A DNA stretch of 64,000 nt, taken from the NCBI RefSeq assembly GCF_963506605.1, contig NC_083279.1:101308001-101372000 (forward strand). Direction: 5' to 3'. The translations under genes and the position numbers were made by a program. This DNA is from Zootoca vivipara. Its lineage: Eukaryota. The notes beneath the pieces were generated by a model. It worked only from the letters and a program-made list of their open reading frames with translations. It searched no databases and was not told the DNA's origin. Numbering within the stretch: position 1 is the first letter of the stretch; each line of letters begins with the position of its first letter. Of the stretch, positions 60,666-64,000 are shown in pieces.

Positions 60666-62086
60666 TGTGAGAGAGCCCTTGGCACACCCAGGAGCTGCTT
60701 GCACATGCGCGAGAGGCACATTGCCTTGTGCCAAGGCCATCGCAGCTGTTGTCAGATATCCGACCGCAAGGGTGTCTTTATATCTGAAATGGCCTGCTTG
60801 AGTCTCTCCCTGCTGCCCCACCCCAAGTGGAACATGGGGGGTGGGGGTGGGGAGTATTGGTTTGCATGTGTTTTCCTTGTTTCTATCGTGCACTTCGTGT
60901 TTTTATGTTGTGAACCTCCCTGAGATCAGTGGGTGAAGGGCAGTATAGAAATTTCATAAGTAAGAATAAATAATGTTCCACATTTGCTGCTCTTCCTTGT
61001 GGTCTTCTCTGGGGCCATGGGAGAGGAAAGCAAGCCCCCCATCTCTTTGTCCTGCAAAAAAAAAAGGGCAACAGGTGCCCAGCCCTTCCACCCACAGCCA
61101 GCTGCTCAGTTACTCTGCACACGCTCAGGGGAACTCTAGCTCTCAGTCCTTTGGATAGGAGACTCTAGCAATTAATTATGGTATGCACAACAGACACGCA
61201 GAATATCCCACAGCTGTTTAAATGTCTCGCCCAGTGGTGATTTGTGGGGGGCAAGAGAATGCAATCATGTCACTGAGGAGGGGGGTGCATGTCTGGGAGA
61301 CCCCCGGAGACCTGGTCCTCTTGAATGAATATAAATTCCATTGATACATTTATATCCCAGCTTTCTCTCCAAGCAGCTCAAGCTGGTGTAGATGCTTCTC
61401 CTCCTCACAACAACAACAACAACCCTGTGATGTAGACGAGGCTGAAAGGCAATGGCTGTGCCCACCCCCACGGCCCCACCCCCACCCCCAGCGGAGATCA
61501 CATCCAGGGAGCTTCATGGTTGAGTGGGGATTTGAACCCAGCTCCTAGTCCGACGCCCTAATCACTACACCCCTCTGCCTCTCAATGACTCTCTTTGTGC
61601 CAGGACTGGGCTTCACAGCACAGCAAAGAGGTCCTGGGGCTTCCTGGAGGGGCACCCCCCTCCCTCCCCCAAGGACGCTGGAAAGGAGATGGGGCAGCTC
61701 CAGTTGGCCAGGCTACAGCTCTCTCCCCAACATATGGGGGGGTCCGTCCTTAAACCTCAACTCCCTGGAGGTGGGACCTGCCGCCATTCAGGAACACCAC
61801 CGCCCCATAGAATTGTGTTGAGTGTGCAGTGCGGGAACTTGGGGGGCTTCCAAGAAGGCTGGCTTATATTCCCTCAAGCTCCCTAGTGCAACCACATTGG
61901 GGGGAATTCTTGCAAGGGGTCAATCAGGCAAGCCCCCCCCCTCTCCAACCCTTCTGAAACCTCCAAGTCCAAAGGCAGGATCTTCCGCCCTGCAAGGGTC
62001 ACCTCTCCCGTCCTCCCCACCCCACCCCACCCCCAAGGTCCCCCCCAAAGACACGCGGGAGCCGGCTCATCTTGCAGGGAGTGAGG

Positions 62087-62092
62087 TTTATT
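62087..62092 (-). terminator. Polyadenylation signal of the beta-type globin gene
   Basis: AATAAA on the minus strand about 110 nt after the stop codon. Confidence 0.75.
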
Positions 62093-62203
62093 AGCTAGTG
62101 GCCCCGTGTCGGGGGTCTGGCAGAGGGTTTCCCCGCGAGGGAAGGCGCTGGTCTGGTCGGCAACTGGGCGCCCGCGAGGCAGCTGCTCTTCCTCAGGGGG
62201 CGC

Positions 62204-62332
62204 TCAGTGGTACTGGCGGGTCAGGGCGTGCGCCACCACGTTGGTGAGCTTCTGGAAGGCGGCGTGGGCGGCCGGAGTGAACTCCTTCCCGAAGTGGGAG
62301 GCCAAGCAGATGAGGAGGATGTTGCCCAGGAG
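62204..62332 (-). CDS. HBB: Beta-type haemoglobin, exon 3 (exons 1-2 lie beyond the window)
   Basis: Exactly 129 nt after the acceptor tcttctcttgcag: [42 protein letters not shown]. Canonical beta-globin exon 3 length and C-terminal YH; the specific paralogue is not determined. Confidence 0.95.
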   Translation of the reverse strand, partial: LLGNILLICLASHFGKEFTPAAHAAFQKLTNVVAHALTRQYH

Positions 62333-62825
62333 CTGCAAGAGAAGAGAAGAGAGGCGCTGGCTGGGCGGAGGGGCTGCGAAGGGGAAGGGAGCCGCCAGGC
62401 GGGGGGCACAGCAGCAGAGGCAGCCGGGATGGGAGGGGGGCACCCCCTTCTTCCCCCACCTTTCCTCAGAGGCTGCTACGATGGTGCCACGCGTGGATTT
62501 CGCCCTGCGCAGCCAGCCACGCAAGTTCTGCAACGGGGTTTGGAAAGGGCGCTGGGCGCGGGAGACGGGGATTCCGAAGCCCGAGCTCAGGGAGGGGGCT
62601 CCAGGCTTGAGCGGGGCCAAGTCACAACCAGACACCCATAGAACTGTAGAATTGTAGAGCTGGCTGGGAGGTCACCCCCAAGGGTCATCTAGTCCACCCC
62701 CCAATGCAGGAATTGCTGCTAAAGAAGCCCTGGCAGATGGCCCTCCAACCTCTGCTTAAAAACCTCCTGTGAACGATAGAACCATTGGGTTGCAGAGTTG
62801 GAAGGGAAGCCAAGAGCCATGTAAT

Positions 62826-62827
62826 AC

Positions 62828-62880
<53 letters not shown>

Positions 62881-63705
62881 TATTATTTATACACCGCCTA
62901 TCTGGCCGGGTTTCCCCAGCCACTCTGGGCGGCTTCCAAGAAAACATTAAAATACAGAAATCCATCAAACATTAAAAGCTTCCCTAAACAGGGCTGCCTC
63001 CCTCTGGTGGGAGGGCATTCCACAGGGTGGGTGCCACTACCGAGAAGGCCCTCTGCCTGGTTCCCTGTAACTTGGCTTCTTGCAATGAGGGAATCGCCAG
63101 AAGGCCCTTGGCGCTGGACCTCAGTGTCCGGGCAGAACGATGGGGGAGGAGACACTCCTTCAGGTATACTGGACTAAAGCCGTTTAGGGCTTTAAAGGTC
63201 AGCACCAACACTTTGAATTGTGCTCGGAAACATACTGGGAGCCAATGTAGGTCTTTCAGGACCGGTGTTATGTGATCTCGGCGGCCGCTCCCAGTCACCA
63301 GTCTAGCTGCCACATTCTGGATTAGTTGTAGTTTCCGGGTCACCTTCAAAGGTAGCCCACATAGAGCACATTGCAGAAGTCCAAGTGAGAGATAACTAGA
63401 GCATGCACCACTCTGGTGAGACAGTCCGCGGGCAGGTAGGGACTCAGCCTGTGTACCAGATGGAGCTGATAGACAGCTGCCCTGGACACAGAATTAACCT
63501 ATGTCTCCATGGACAGCTGTGAGTCCAGAATGACTCCCAGGCTGCGCACCTGGTCCTTCAGGGGCACAGTTACCCCATTCAGGACCAGGGAGTCCTCCAC
63601 ACCTGCCTGCCTCCTGCCCCCCACAAACAGTACTTCTGTCTTGTCAGGATTCAACCTCAATCTGTCAGCCACCATCCATCCTCCAACCGCCTCCAGACAC
63701 TCACA
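62826..63705 (-). mobile_element. L2 LINE 3' portion inside globin intron 2
   Basis: Same family as 43895-44765 (RLNPDKTEVLFVG, HITPVLKDLHWLPV); (TAA)n tail. Confidence 0.92.
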
Positions 63706-64000
63706 CAAGTCCAACCCAACCCCTAAAGCACTCTGATTTGTGGCTCCACATTTTGCAGCCAGTTTGCAAAGAAAAAGACAGTTCAGAAAAGTTTTCTTGA
63801 CAAAGACCCTTCTTCCTCTTGCAGGAGGTTGGACTAGATGGCCCTTGGGGGTCCCTCCCAACTCTGCCATTCTATGATTCTCCTCGCTGCTCTGCTGAGT
63901 TAAGGAGCAGCCTGAGGACCACTGGCTTATTGGCCCCTGTGGTCTGGATGGGTCCTTATCTCCTCGCTCACATGCCTCCTGCTTCCTTCTGGTCACCACA

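Overview
Vertebrate genomic DNA from a squamate, probably a lacertid lizard (inferred from Sauria SINEs, BovB, CR1, L2 and hAT/Tc1-mariner MITEs). The window is the class I olfactory receptor (OR) cluster next to the beta-globin locus. Left to right it holds: OR52(+), OR52(+), ubiquilin-like A(+), OR52(+), ubiquilin-like B(+), ubiquilin-like C(+, with UBA domain), three intact OR51 paralogues(-), a truncated OR51 pseudogene(-), an OR51I-like gene(-), and exon 3 plus part of intron 2 of a beta-type globin(-). The main finding is a trio of intronless ubiquilin genes in the position of the mammalian testis ubiquilins (UBQLN3/UBQLNL), which are usually described as mammal-specific. All three share a promoter module of tandem CRE-like octamers at 12-bp period, and two have lost a canonical UBA domain. 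Other observations: a conserved promoter and non-coding exon module for the OR51 paralogues, a deleted 'ghost' OR unit, a CR1 copy carrying duplicated 3' flank, a Penelope-type minimal hammerhead ribozyme, two solo LTRs with target-site duplications (TSDs), and a composite hAT element. Repeat family names are by-eye recognition, not database hits.
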